This document shows positions 1 to 8,365 of a stretch of 43,978 nt of DNA, in pieces. Each line of letters starts with the position of its first letter. Position 1 is the first letter of the stretch. The DNA comes from a virus (lineage: Duplodnaviria; Caudoviricetes): positions 1 to 43,978 of the IMG/VR virus record IMGVR_UViG_3300030372_000392; one strand, written 5' to 3'. Made by a program: the position numbers and the translations under genes. Under the pieces are notes generated by a model. That model was given only the letters and a program-made list of their open reading frames with translations. It was not told the DNA's origin and made no database searches.

Positions 1-123
1 TAAGGAGGCTGTAATGAATGATTAACACTTAATAGGTATAACAGAAGAATAGAGATACACAACCTTGTATGGTATTAGATTTTATCTAACTAGAGTTCGA
101 TTCTCTAGCAAGGTTCTAATAGA
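1..123. repeat. Terminal direct repeat, left copy
   Basis: Positions 1-123 match 43856-43978 except at positions 11 and 122 (g vs a). Confidence 0.95.
61..118 (+). ncRNA. Compact tRNA-like element (acceptor-like stem, short hairpin, T-arm)
   Basis: AACCTTGT (61-68) pairs with GCAAGGTT (108-115); hairpin TTAGAT-ttt-ATCTAA; T-arm TAGAG-TTCGATT-CTCTA. Confidence 0.5.
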
Positions 124-137
124 CAAGGAGTCAACAG

Positions 138-257
138 ATGAGACGTAGTAAACTAGTTAAAGTAGCTAGAAGAAAAAAGAACGCTCTACTAAAAGCAAAT
201 GGTAGAACACCTGCACAGATAGAAAGAGTAAAACGTAGAAAAAATAGAGGTCAGTAG
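138..257 (+). CDS. Small basic protein (39 aa)
   Basis: AAGGAG RBS; MRRSKLVKVARRKKNALLKANGRTPAQIERVKRRKNRGQ; below the ORF-track cutoff. Confidence 0.65.
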   Translation: MRRSKLVKVARRKKNALLKANGRTPAQIERVKRRKNRGQ

Positions 258-258
258 A

Positions 259-345
259 TTGAATAGAAAAGTTAGAGTAATAGATAGATGGAGAGATAGA
301 AGAAACAGATATCTAAGAAGGAATTTAACAATAACAACAAAATAG
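259..345 (+). CDS. Small Arg-rich peptide (28 aa, TTG start)
   Basis: GAGG upstream; fills the gap between neighbouring ORFs; MNRKVRVIDRWRDRRNRYLRRNLTITTK. Confidence 0.4.
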   Translation: MNRKVRVIDRWRDRRNRYLRRNLTITTK

Positions 346-353
346 GAGAGAGT

Positions 354-500
354 ATGAAAGAGATACTTCATCACCTACTTGGTACTTGTGGAGAAGGACA
401 CGCAAGTGTACTTACCATATATTACGTAGGAGTCTTTGTAGTATACAAAGAACTTATAGTAACAATAGCAAGAGAGGTGAAAGATGTTTTATTCAAATGA
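354..500 (+). CDS. Small membrane protein with His/Cys motif (48 aa)
   Basis: AGGAG RBS; MKEILHHLLGTCGEGH followed by a hydrophobic stretch; overlaps the next start. Confidence 0.65.
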   Translation: MKEILHHLLGTCGEGHASVLTIYYVGVFVVYKELIVTIAREVKDVLFK

Positions 501-2286
501 AGTTTATCTAGTAAATAGTAGACACGCTAGACTTCTAAATTGCGATGATGATAGAATAGTTGATTTAGATATAGATAGACTATTACTAAACTCAGAAAGG
601 AGACTATCAGGTTTTAAGATAGATTCTATAGCTAGTAGAGTGTATAAGATAGTAGATTTTACACCAAACTATTTTATACTAGAGAGTGTTAGAAGAGGTA
701 GAAACCTTAGAATCTTATGTAGATTTCAAGATGTGCTATTTACTAATAAAAATATGAATACTATCTATTATAGTGAGAACGAGGGTTATATACATAAGAT
801 AATAGATAATGATGCTATTAGTTACTTTGATAAGTATGACATATCTTCAAGTATAGATAGAATATCTGATAAAGAAAATATTAATCTTATAATATTTGAT
901 ATGTTAGTAGATGCAAATGAGAATAATAGATTAGTAGATAATTCAGATTCTAGAATATCTGTAGATTGTAGAAACAGATTCTTTCTAAGAAATAATATTC
1001 GTCAATTATTAATGTATCTATTAAAAACAGATTGTGAGAGAGACTATGCGTGGTACAAAAAATGTGATACTTGTAATAGTGTAAAAAGTCGTTGTCAGAA
1101 CATTATGTTTAGTAGAGAAGATGAAAAGCTTGTATGTCAAGATTGCTACAAAAACAAAGAGTTCTCTTGTCAATCTTGTAATACACCTATGATGCTATCA
1201 AATAGAGCTAATCTAATGTCTACTAGAAGAAGTCTTGCAGGAATAGTTAGTCTATTTAAGAGTAATGATATGTTTATAGTATGTGGAGAGTGTTTTAATG
1301 GTACTATAGAATCTTGCAGTAGATGTAAAAAGATAGACGTGATAGATTTTGAATCTCTAAAAAACCATAGTAATAAAGCAGAATATAGAAAAGAATTTCT
1401 AGAAAGAAATAACTACTATAAAATGTTTAATAGTCAATATTGTGGTAAGTGTTCTGATATGGTACTATCATCCAAGCTTACTCTTCCAGTTGCAGGTAAT
1501 TCTCTACCTAATAGCTATTGTATAAAAAGCGACTTCAATAGATTCGTAGGTGTAGAGAGTGAAGTTATTACTAACTATGATTGTACAGATGATTACTTAG
1601 ACAATGGAAGTATACCTGATTACTTTAGAGTAGTTAGTGATGGCTCTCTAAATAGTGGAGGTGTAGAATTTGTTAGTGATAGACCTATAATAGGTAATGA
1701 AGTAAATATTGCATTAGAATCATTGCAAGAGATAAATGAATCAGAGTATAATATGACAGATGAGAGTTGTGGTCTACATATACATATGAATGCATTAGAT
1801 ATGGGTTTTACAGAGATAAAATCACTACTAATGATTATGTCTAGAATACAAAACTCTATATATATGACTATACCAGAAGATAGAAGGACTACCTCATTTG
1901 CTAGAGAGATTACATTATCTCCTAGAGAAATATCCAAGATAGACTCATTGCCTAAGTTAGTATATGATTATTATAATATGGCAGATTCTGATATATCAGA
2001 AGAGAAGTACAATGAAGGTAGATACATAGGAACTAATATACATGCTAGGTTCTATCAGGGTTCAGTAGAGTTTAGATATCACGAAGGAGTTATATCATCT
2101 AATCCTATAGAAAGATGGATATTATTCCTAAATAAAATTATGTCTAGTGCTATTTCATTACATAACAAACCTAGACTATATAGTAAAATACTTAGTAAAA
2201 AATTCAAGACTATTGACATTATAAAAGAAGTAGCAGGTGTTAGTGGTGCTGAATATATAGAAGAAAGAATAGATACCAATAACTAA
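484..2286 (+). CDS. Putative amidoligase (COOH-NH2 ligase, glutamine-synthetase-like fold) with central CxxC Zn-ribbon array
   Basis: Motifs GVESE, DGSL, GVEFVS, SCGLHIH, RYxxxN, VEFRYHEG; about seven CxxC pairs upstream of the ligase domain. Confidence 0.85.
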   Translation: MFYSNEVYLVNSRHARLLNCDDDRIVDLDIDRLLLNSERRLSGFKIDSIASRVYKIVDFTPNYFILESVRRGRNLRILCRFQDVLFTNKNMNTIYYSENEGYIHKIIDNDAISYFDKYDISSSIDRISDKENINLIIFDMLVDANENNRLVDNSDSRISVDCRNRFFLRNNIRQLLMYLLKTDCERDYAWYKKCDTCNSVKSRCQNIMFSREDEKLVCQDCYKNKEFSCQSCNTPMMLSNRANLMSTRRSLAGIVSLFKSNDMFIVCGECFNGTIESCSRCKKIDVIDFESLKNHSNKAEYRKEFLERNNYYKMFNSQYCGKCSDMVLSSKLTLPVAGNSLPNSYCIKSDFNRFVGVESEVITNYDCTDDYLDNGSIPDYFRVVSDGSLNSGGVEFVSDRPIIGNEVNIALESLQEINESEYNMTDESCGLHIHMNALDMGFTEIKSLLMIMSRIQNSIYMTIPEDRRTTSFAREITLSPREISKIDSLPKLVYDYYNMADSDISEEKYNEGRYIGTNIHARFYQGSVEFRYHEGVISSNPIERWILFLNKIMSSAISLHNKPRLYSKILSKKFKTIDIIKEVAGVSGAEYIEERIDTNN

Positions 2287-2304
2287 TATAAGGAGATATA
2301 ATAT

Positions 2305-3348
2305 ATGTGTGGTATTTTTGGGTTCGCTAAGACTAGTGGACGACAGAACGATAATCAGTTAGATATACTTAGAAGGATAACTACTGAACTAACAGATGAA
2401 TCCTCTATAAGAGGTACTGATAGTACAGGGTTTTCTATTATTGATGAAGATAATAGATACACCTACAAGACTCTAATTGATTCATCTACATTAGTAGATA
2501 CACCAGATTGGAGTAATATACTAAGTAGAATAAATAGAGACACTACTATCTTTATGGGGCACGTTAGACTTGCAACTACTGGTAGTGTAAAAGTAGAGAA
2601 CGCTCATCCTTTTAACATAGGTAATGTTACAGGTGCTCACAATGGTATAATACATAACTATAACGAGGTATCTAGAACTCTTGGTAAAGAGATTCCCGAT
2701 GTAGACTCTCAAGTTCTATTCCAAGCACTTAATAGAAGGCAAATGGATAAGGCTTTTGAGGATATAGACGGAGACTTTGCTATTACTTGGGTTAAAGATA
2801 GTAATAGTACACTACACTTAGCTAGAGAAAGTGGTAGACCTATGGTAGTAGCATATTGGAAAAAAGCTAGAGTTCTACTATGGGCATCTACTAAGCAAAT
2901 TATGCAAGATGCTATGACTAGAGCTGGTCTAAGACTACCAATAAAAGAAGTAGCTGAGGATTTTATATTTACATATAATACAGAACTGTTTGGTAGTAGA
3001 GCATATGAAGATAAGCTAGAGTTTGAGACTATTAGTCAGTATAGCTACTCTCGTGGTAATTGGGATAGTTGGAGGTATGGTAGTTATGGTAGTTATGGTA
3101 GTGGTTATGGTAGTGCTTACTCTAGTAGTAATATGAGTCCAGCTACTAAGTCTTTATATGGTGTTAAGACTTGTGATACAGATACTAATACAGAGTTATG
3201 TTACTACTGCTATGAGTATACTACAAAGGATGAGATATTTGTTACCAATGGTAGACCTATCTGTTTACAATGTGAAATTGTAGAGTACGATGGTAACTAT
3301 CATACAGAAAAAGGAGATGATGATGAGCAAGACAACACCCCCTTCTAA
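2305..3348 (+). CDS. Class II (Ntn) glutamine amidotransferase with GSY-rich linker and C-terminal Zn ribbon
   Basis: N-terminal MCGIFG, RGTDSTG, GHVRLAT, HPF, HNGII, DS motifs; CYYC...CLQC near the C-terminus. Confidence 0.92.
   Translation: MCGIFGFAKTSGRQNDNQLDILRRITTELTDESSIRGTDSTGFSIIDEDNRYTYKTLIDSSTLVDTPDWSNILSRINRDTTIFMGHVRLATTGSVKVENAHPFNIGNVTGAHNGIIHNYNEVSRTLGKEIPDVDSQVLFQALNRRQMDKAFEDIDGDFAITWVKDSNSTLHLARESGRPMVVAYWKKARVLLWASTKQIMQDAMTRAGLRLPIKEVAEDFIFTYNTELFGSRAYEDKLEFETISQYSYSRGNWDSWRYGSYGSYGSGYGSAYSSSNMSPATKSLYGVKTCDTDTNTELCYYCYEYTTKDEIFVTNGRPICLQCEIVEYDGNYHTEKGDDDEQDNTPF
3076..3114 (+). repeat. In-frame tandem repeat (TATGGTAGT)x3-GGT-TATGGTAGT encoding YGS units
   Basis: Read directly from the sequence. 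Confidence 0.9.
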
Positions 3349-3643
3349 AAAAGTAATACTATTAGGATTTCCTGACGCTGTAAAGCTAAAGTCTAAGAAA
3401 TATATAATAGAAACTTTATATAGTAGGGCAAAAAAGAATCCGTTTCTTTCAAGTAATACATATGATGAGTATCTAGATTTCTTACTAGAGCAAATTGATA
3501 TGCTTGGTTCTGAAGATGTAGATATAGATAGAGACTCAGATGATATAGAGTCTCAAATATATGATGCACTTAAGAGAATGAAATGGTTAAAAGTAATAAA
3601 TGCATTTCTAGTTGGAGTTATAACTACTAACATAGGAGTCTAA
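3323..3643 (+). CDS. Hypothetical protein in the amidoligase cluster
   Basis: AAGGAG 6 nt before ATG 3323; overlaps the GATase end and abuts the next gene. Confidence 0.75.
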   Translation: MSKTTPPSKKVILLGFPDAVKLKSKKYIIETLYSRAKKNPFLSSNTYDEYLDFLLEQIDMLGSEDVDIDRDSDDIESQIYDALKRMKWLKVINAFLVGVITTNIGV

Positions 3644-3644
3644 T

Positions 3645-4781
3645 ATGCCAACCACTACAAAACAAAATAAGTGTAATTGCGAAGGTTGCAATGTGGCAAT
3701 GTCTATTAATTCATCAGAGCTAGTATCGCACCCACAAGACGAAAGTAAGTGGTGTGAAGATTGCTACTTAGAAGAATTTGTTACTTGTGAATGTTGTGGA
3801 GAGGGAGGTCATCCAAGAGATGAAGCTTACGTAGCATTTGATGAATATATATGCTATGATTGCTTTAGTACAAGGTATATCTATTGTGATAATTGTAGCG
3901 AAGTAGAACATATAGATTGTAGTTATTACATGGAAGCAGAAGGAGAAAACTGGTGCGAACATTGTTATCATGATAGAGACGAGTCTTGCTATATGAGTGT
4001 TCCAACAACAGAACCATCTAATAGTAGGAAATCAGATACTTTTGTGTATCCTATACGTAGCTTAGTTGGTCTAGAAGTTGAGTGTATAGTTCCAGATGCA
4101 GACTCAATGGATACTCCTAGATATTGGACTAATGTATCAGATGGTTCTATAAATTCAGACGAAGGCTATGGTGTTGAGATGGTGTCTAGTCCTTCTAATG
4201 GAGACTCTCTAATGAGTACAATAGACTCATTGATAGATTGGAGAGATATGTATCAAGCTAGAGTAAATTCTACTTGCGGCTTTCACGTACACTTTAACTC
4301 AATAGATAAAACTCCTAAAGAGATTGCAAACATAGCTATTGTATATCAAAAGTATCAGAAGATATTAAAGTCTATGATGCCACCTTCTAGGCAAAGTTCT
4401 AATTGGTGTAGAGATGCAGAGATGGATGTAGACATACTTAGAAGAGTTTCAGACGAACAAGATTTAATATCAGAATATTATGAAGCTATGGATTCATCAC
4501 CTAGTAATGATAAATATAATGAGGCTAGGTATTGTGGTATAAACATACACTCTAGATACTATCATGGTACAATAGAATTTAGACTACATTCAGGAACTAT
4601 AAACAAGACTAAGATATCTAATTGGATATCAATACTTAATATAATAATACTTAGAGGTATAGAGTTATCTAAGTTTAGCGATGAGAACTTTAAGTCTTGG
4701 ATGCAGTCTCCACCTAATATAAATATATTCGGTGATACTTTAAAAGATTATATATGTAAGAGAATAGCAAAGTTTAGATAA
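3645..4781 (+). CDS. Second putative amidoligase with N-terminal CxxC Zn-ribbon array
   Basis: GLEVE, SDGSI, GVEMVS, TCGFHVH, RYCGIN, TIEFRLHSGT; six CxxC pairs at the N-terminus. Confidence 0.88.
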   Translation: MPTTTKQNKCNCEGCNVAMSINSSELVSHPQDESKWCEDCYLEEFVTCECCGEGGHPRDEAYVAFDEYICYDCFSTRYIYCDNCSEVEHIDCSYYMEAEGENWCEHCYHDRDESCYMSVPTTEPSNSRKSDTFVYPIRSLVGLEVECIVPDADSMDTPRYWTNVSDGSINSDEGYGVEMVSSPSNGDSLMSTIDSLIDWRDMYQARVNSTCGFHVHFNSIDKTPKEIANIAIVYQKYQKILKSMMPPSRQSSNWCRDAEMDVDILRRVSDEQDLISEYYEAMDSSPSNDKYNEARYCGINIHSRYYHGTIEFRLHSGTINKTKISNWISILNIIILRGIELSKFSDENFKSWMQSPPNINIFGDTLKDYICKRIAKFR

Positions 4782-4798
4782 TAAAAAAAGAGGAAAAA

Positions 4799-5017
4799 AT
4801 GATAACAGAAAATGATATTATATTTGATAATATATATGAAGATATTGCCTTAACACTAGATACTATATTAGATGAAGCAATAGGAGACATAAAGGATGAT
4901 TTTGAGATAACAGATAGTATGATGATGAGAGTAGTAGAAATGTGGTCTTTAGGAGTGTCAATAAGGCTACCGCTTGTTGTTAAAGTAGATAATAAAAAGG
5001 AGGTAAGTGATGAGTAA
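4799..5017 (+). CDS. Hypothetical acidic protein
   Basis: GAGG RBS; co-oriented ORF. Confidence 0.65.
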   Translation: MITENDIIFDNIYEDIALTLDTILDEAIGDIKDDFEITDSMMMRVVEMWSLGVSIRLPLVVKVDNKKEVSDE

Positions 5018-5198
5018 TTACGAAACAGTAATAGTAGAACTAGCAGTTTATGTGAACAATGAAGACTACGTACATAAAAATAAAAGCGTAGAGGAAATTG
5101 TAGAGGAAGAACTAGCATTAATAGAGAGTGATTCAGGGATATACTTAGAGAGATTTATATCTGAGGATGAAATTATTATAAATGATGAAGAAAATTAA
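5010..5198 (+). CDS. Hypothetical acidic protein
   Basis: AGGAGG RBS; overlaps the previous stop. Confidence 0.7.
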   Translation: MSNYETVIVELAVYVNNEDYVHKNKSVEEIVEEELALIESDSGIYLERFISEDEIIINDEEN

Positions 5199-5203
5199 AA
5201 TAA

Positions 5204-5236
5204 TACTTGATTCAAGTAATCACAAGTTAGTAAATT
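5204..5236 (+). promoter_or_regulatory. Sigma70-like promoter TTGATT-N18-TAAATT with palindrome TACTTGA-T-TCAAGTA over the -35
   Basis: Intergenic, upstream of the recombination/replication genes; same architecture as five other promoters. Confidence 0.6.
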
Positions 5237-5261
5237 AAAATAGAGAGAAGAGGAAAAAGAT

Positions 5262-6137
5262 ATGCCATTGAAAGGTTTTAAATACCCTGATGGTGATGTA
5301 GTATCTTTAGAAGATGTGAGCAGAGGGAACGTTGATATAGAAAGAATGGGTGTATCGCTACCTACATTACTACATATGTCATCAGATAGAGACCCCGATA
5401 GAAAGCCGTCAACTACAGAGTTGATACAAGGTACTTGCCAATCATTTCTACAGAGAACAAGAGACTATTATATATACACAGATGACAATGCGTTCTCTTT
5501 AGCTGGTACTCTACATCACTTAAAGTTAGAAGAGTCATCTTCTATGTTGAATAGATTAGGCTCAGAGATTCCACTAGAAGCAGTTGGTATAACTGGCATA
5601 GTAGACTTATATGATAAAGAGACTAAGACTCTTGTAGACTACAAGTTTTCAGGCAGTTATAAAATAGCTAAGTGTTTAGGAGTACAAACTAAGCATGGAT
5701 ACCACCCAACAGAAGTATATAAAAGAAGTGGTAGATGGGGAAAAGCAGGTACGCCAAAAAGAATAAAGGAATTTTATATAGATAAAGATACTGCAGATAT
5801 GGAAGATTGGGGTTGGCAGATAAACTTCTATAGATACTTGCTAGAGCAGAATGGGTACGCTGTAGATAATATGTATGTACAAGCTACGGTTAGAGATGGT
5901 GGTTTACAGATAGCTAGGGAAAGGGGTATAGATAAAAAGATATATATGATAGAAGTTCCATACATAAATGATGAACATCTATTAGATAAGTTCGAAGTAA
6001 AAAGAGACGCTCTCATTTGGGCATTAGAACACAATGAACTACCAAGTGAGTGCACTAAAGAAGAAACGTGGGGAGGTATCAAATGTGAATCGTATTGTTC
6101 GGTTAGAGATATTTGCCCCTATAATAAAGGAGAGTAA
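5262..6137 (+). CDS. Cas4-like PD-(D/E)XK exonuclease, probably 4Fe-4S
   Basis: GTLHH, ITGIVD...VDYK, QINFY; N-terminal Cys plus C-terminal CxxxCxxxxxC. Confidence 0.8.
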   Translation: MPLKGFKYPDGDVVSLEDVSRGNVDIERMGVSLPTLLHMSSDRDPDRKPSTTELIQGTCQSFLQRTRDYYIYTDDNAFSLAGTLHHLKLEESSSMLNRLGSEIPLEAVGITGIVDLYDKETKTLVDYKFSGSYKIAKCLGVQTKHGYHPTEVYKRSGRWGKAGTPKRIKEFYIDKDTADMEDWGWQINFYRYLLEQNGYAVDNMYVQATVRDGGLQIARERGIDKKIYMIEVPYINDEHLLDKFEVKRDALIWALEHNELPSECTKEETWGGIKCESYCSVRDICPYNKGE

Positions 6138-6138
6138 A

Positions 6139-6348
6139 GTGAGTAAAAGTAAATGGACAATAAAAGAAGAGAAGGATGACACTACTTGGTGGATGATTAG
6201 AGGTGGTGCTTTTTCTAATGTAGTAAATAACAAATACCCCAATAGGCTATTCGATGAAAGAGAAGATGCAGAGATGATTTCAAATGATTCTAATAGATTG
6301 TATGGTAGAAATACAGAGGTGGTAGAGGTAGAGTTTAAAGATGTCTAA
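6139..6348 (+). CDS. Hypothetical protein
   Basis: AGGAG RBS, GTG start just after the nuclease stop. Confidence 0.65.
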   Translation: MSKSKWTIKEEKDDTTWWMIRGGAFSNVVNNKYPNRLFDEREDAEMISNDSNRLYGRNTEVVEVEFKDV

Positions 6349-6538
6349 GCATATTGATTACTTAGAGTTTAGAATCAACCAATTAGAGATTGCATTAATG
6401 AACCTTATGTATGTAGTAGCTAATCAAGAAGAGAAACTTCCTAAGTTTAAAGAGAATATAAAGAAAGCTGAAGAAATGACAAATGAACACAGCGATATTA
6501 TATCTCTAATAACTAGCGAAGATAAGATAGAGGCTTAG
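6341..6538 (+). CDS. Hypothetical coiled-coil protein
   Basis: Coupled ORF in the operon. Confidence 0.65.
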   Translation: MSKHIDYLEFRINQLEIALMNLMYVVANQEEKLPKFKENIKKAEEMTNEHSDIISLITSEDKIEA

Positions 6539-6539
6539 T

Positions 6540-6884
6540 ATGACATCTAAAGAGTTCAATAAGCTAAGGAATAGTTTCATAGATAGTACATTAAAATTAT
6601 CAGATAGAAAACGTATAGAATACACAGAAGGAAACCACAATGATAATGTATTATGGAACTTTGAGAGTATAGCAAATGACTTAGGACTTACTCCTATGCA
6701 AGTGTTATCTGTATATCTTAACAAGCATATGTCTAGCCTTAGAAATTACTTTAAGGATGGCAAAGAATACTCTGAGCCTATTGAAGGAAGGGTAAGTGAT
6801 ATGATTAACTATCTATTACTTCTAGTTGCTATGTTAAGCCAATACAAGCTAAGTGTTAAAGAAAAGAGAGGTGTTAATGGGTAG
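6540..6884 (+). CDS. All-alpha nucleotide-modification-associated (Nmad1/DUF1599-like) protein
   Basis: KxxEY, NF, K(H), E...R..D..NY..L pattern. Confidence 0.6.
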   Translation: MTSKEFNKLRNSFIDSTLKLSDRKRIEYTEGNHNDNVLWNFESIANDLGLTPMQVLSVYLNKHMSSLRNYFKDGKEYSEPIEGRVSDMINYLLLLVAMLSQYKLSVKEKRGVNG

Positions 6885-7500
6885 TGAGATATCAGTAGTA
6901 GAAAATGTAAACGAGAATGTCGTAAAGCAAGACGTGTTTGATACTATGAGAAACTTGCACGAAAAAGTATCTTTAGAAGATACACCTAAGACGTATGTTA
7001 AGAAGAAGATGGGTATGGACTATGTAGAGATAGGATACATGAAGAGCGTAGCTAACAAGTATTATCCCGGATGGTCTTGGACTATCGTAAGAACAGAGAT
7101 GCTTGGTAGTGAAGCCTTTATGGTACATGGCAGATTGAAGTGGTTTGAAGGTGGTATATGGAGAGAAGGAGATATGACAGCGGCTCATAGAATACAAAAG
7201 CTAAGAGACAAAGATGGTTTTGTAGATGTTGGTAACGATATTAAGTCAGCTAATACAGACGCTATGAAGAAGGCTTTCAATATGTATATGAATATTGCAG
7301 ACGACGTTTACAGAAACAGAATAGAAGATACATCATTAAGCAAGGATGATATAGACTATATAAATACAGAGATGGAAGGTCTTAGTGATGAATGGAAAGA
7401 AAAGATATCACTATATATTGAGAATGGTGATATAGAAAAGAAAGATATAGCGAAAGTTATAAACAAGATAAATCAAGTAAAGGAAAGTGAAAATGAGTAA
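6877..7500 (+). CDS. Rad52/22-family (Sak-like) ssDNA annealing protein
   Basis: DYV, PGWSW, KSANTDAMKKA..IADDVY motifs; sits between nuclease and SSB. Confidence 0.8.
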   Translation: MGSEISVVENVNENVVKQDVFDTMRNLHEKVSLEDTPKTYVKKKMGMDYVEIGYMKSVANKYYPGWSWTIVRTEMLGSEAFMVHGRLKWFEGGIWREGDMTAAHRIQKLRDKDGFVDVGNDIKSANTDAMKKAFNMYMNIADDVYRNRIEDTSLSKDDIDYINTEMEGLSDEWKEKISLYIENGDIEKKDIAKVINKINQVKESENE

Positions 7501-8065
7501 CTCAGTAAATGCAGTACTTGGTGGGGTAATGGGAGGAGAGTCCTACTATGACCCATCAGAAGATAAACCAAAAGTTATAGTACCCGAAGGAGACTATTAC
7601 GCTCACGTAAAAGAGTTTACATTAAAAGAGGATGTTGTTATACGTGGTAAATATCTAGCAGATATATACAACTTAACATTTAAACTTGCTAATGAGAACT
7701 CTGATAAGACATTTGGAGAGCATAGTGGTAGTTTATTTGTAGGTAATACTATACGCTCTAAGGGTTTGTTTAGATTTAAAAACCCTACAGAGAGCAACCT
7801 AGAGCCTAACTCTGGTGGCAATAGAGAGTTCAAAGAAGTTTGTGATTCGTTAGGTATTAAGCCTGAGGAGAAAGAGATAGATGGTAAGAAGATGTTTGCA
7901 TTGCCAGTATTTACTCCCTCTAACTGCGAAGGTATGCCTGCAATAATAAAAGTAAAGCACGAAACTTGGACTAACAGAGAAGGAGAAGAGGTTACATCAC
8001 CTAAGGCTGTTGGTATCTACACTTGGAACAATGGTAAGCAAGACCTATCTGACTTACCATTCTAA
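7493..8065 (+). CDS. Putative ssDNA-binding protein
   Basis: VPEGDY N-terminal motif, acidic DLPF C-terminus, follows the annealase. Confidence 0.7.
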   Translation: MSNSVNAVLGGVMGGESYYDPSEDKPKVIVPEGDYYAHVKEFTLKEDVVIRGKYLADIYNLTFKLANENSDKTFGEHSGSLFVGNTIRSKGLFRFKNPTESNLEPNSGGNREFKEVCDSLGIKPEEKEIDGKKMFALPVFTPSNCEGMPAIIKVKHETWTNREGEEVTSPKAVGIYTWNNGKQDLSDLPF

Positions 8066-8365
8066 ATGAAGATAACAAATAGCGAATACAATATCATCAT
8101 TAGAGCCTTATCAGCTTATTCAGATATAATGAAATACGGTTTATTTACAGGTAGTACGAGTATTACTACTGATGCTAGTAAGCCAAATCATTGCAATATT
8201 AGGGAAGAAGCAGATATACTAAAAGGTAAATTACAGAAAGAATACGACGATATAGCAGAACGGAATATGGCAGAAGGAATGACGACAGAAGAAGAAGAGT
8301 TGTACCCTAGTAGATTACATACTGAATATGGAGGGAGTCCTAATGGAGGTAAAGAAGTGGAATGA
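8066..8365 (+). CDS. Hypothetical protein
   Basis: ORF abuts the SSB-like gene. Confidence 0.6.
   Translation: MKITNSEYNIIIRALSAYSDIMKYGLFTGSTSITTDASKPNHCNIREEADILKGKLQKEYDDIAERNMAEGMTTEEEELYPSRLHTEYGGSPNGGKEVE

Noticed and set aside
61-118. Functional tRNA gene
   Set aside because: Only ~57 nt, no D-stem, 3 nt loop instead of a 7 nt anticodon loop, no CCA.
1-5200. TAG stop-codon reassignment suggested by TAG richness
   Set aside because: Long ORFs are intact in the standard code, and TAG ends genes directly before the next RBS or start (e.g. 257, 345, 4781).
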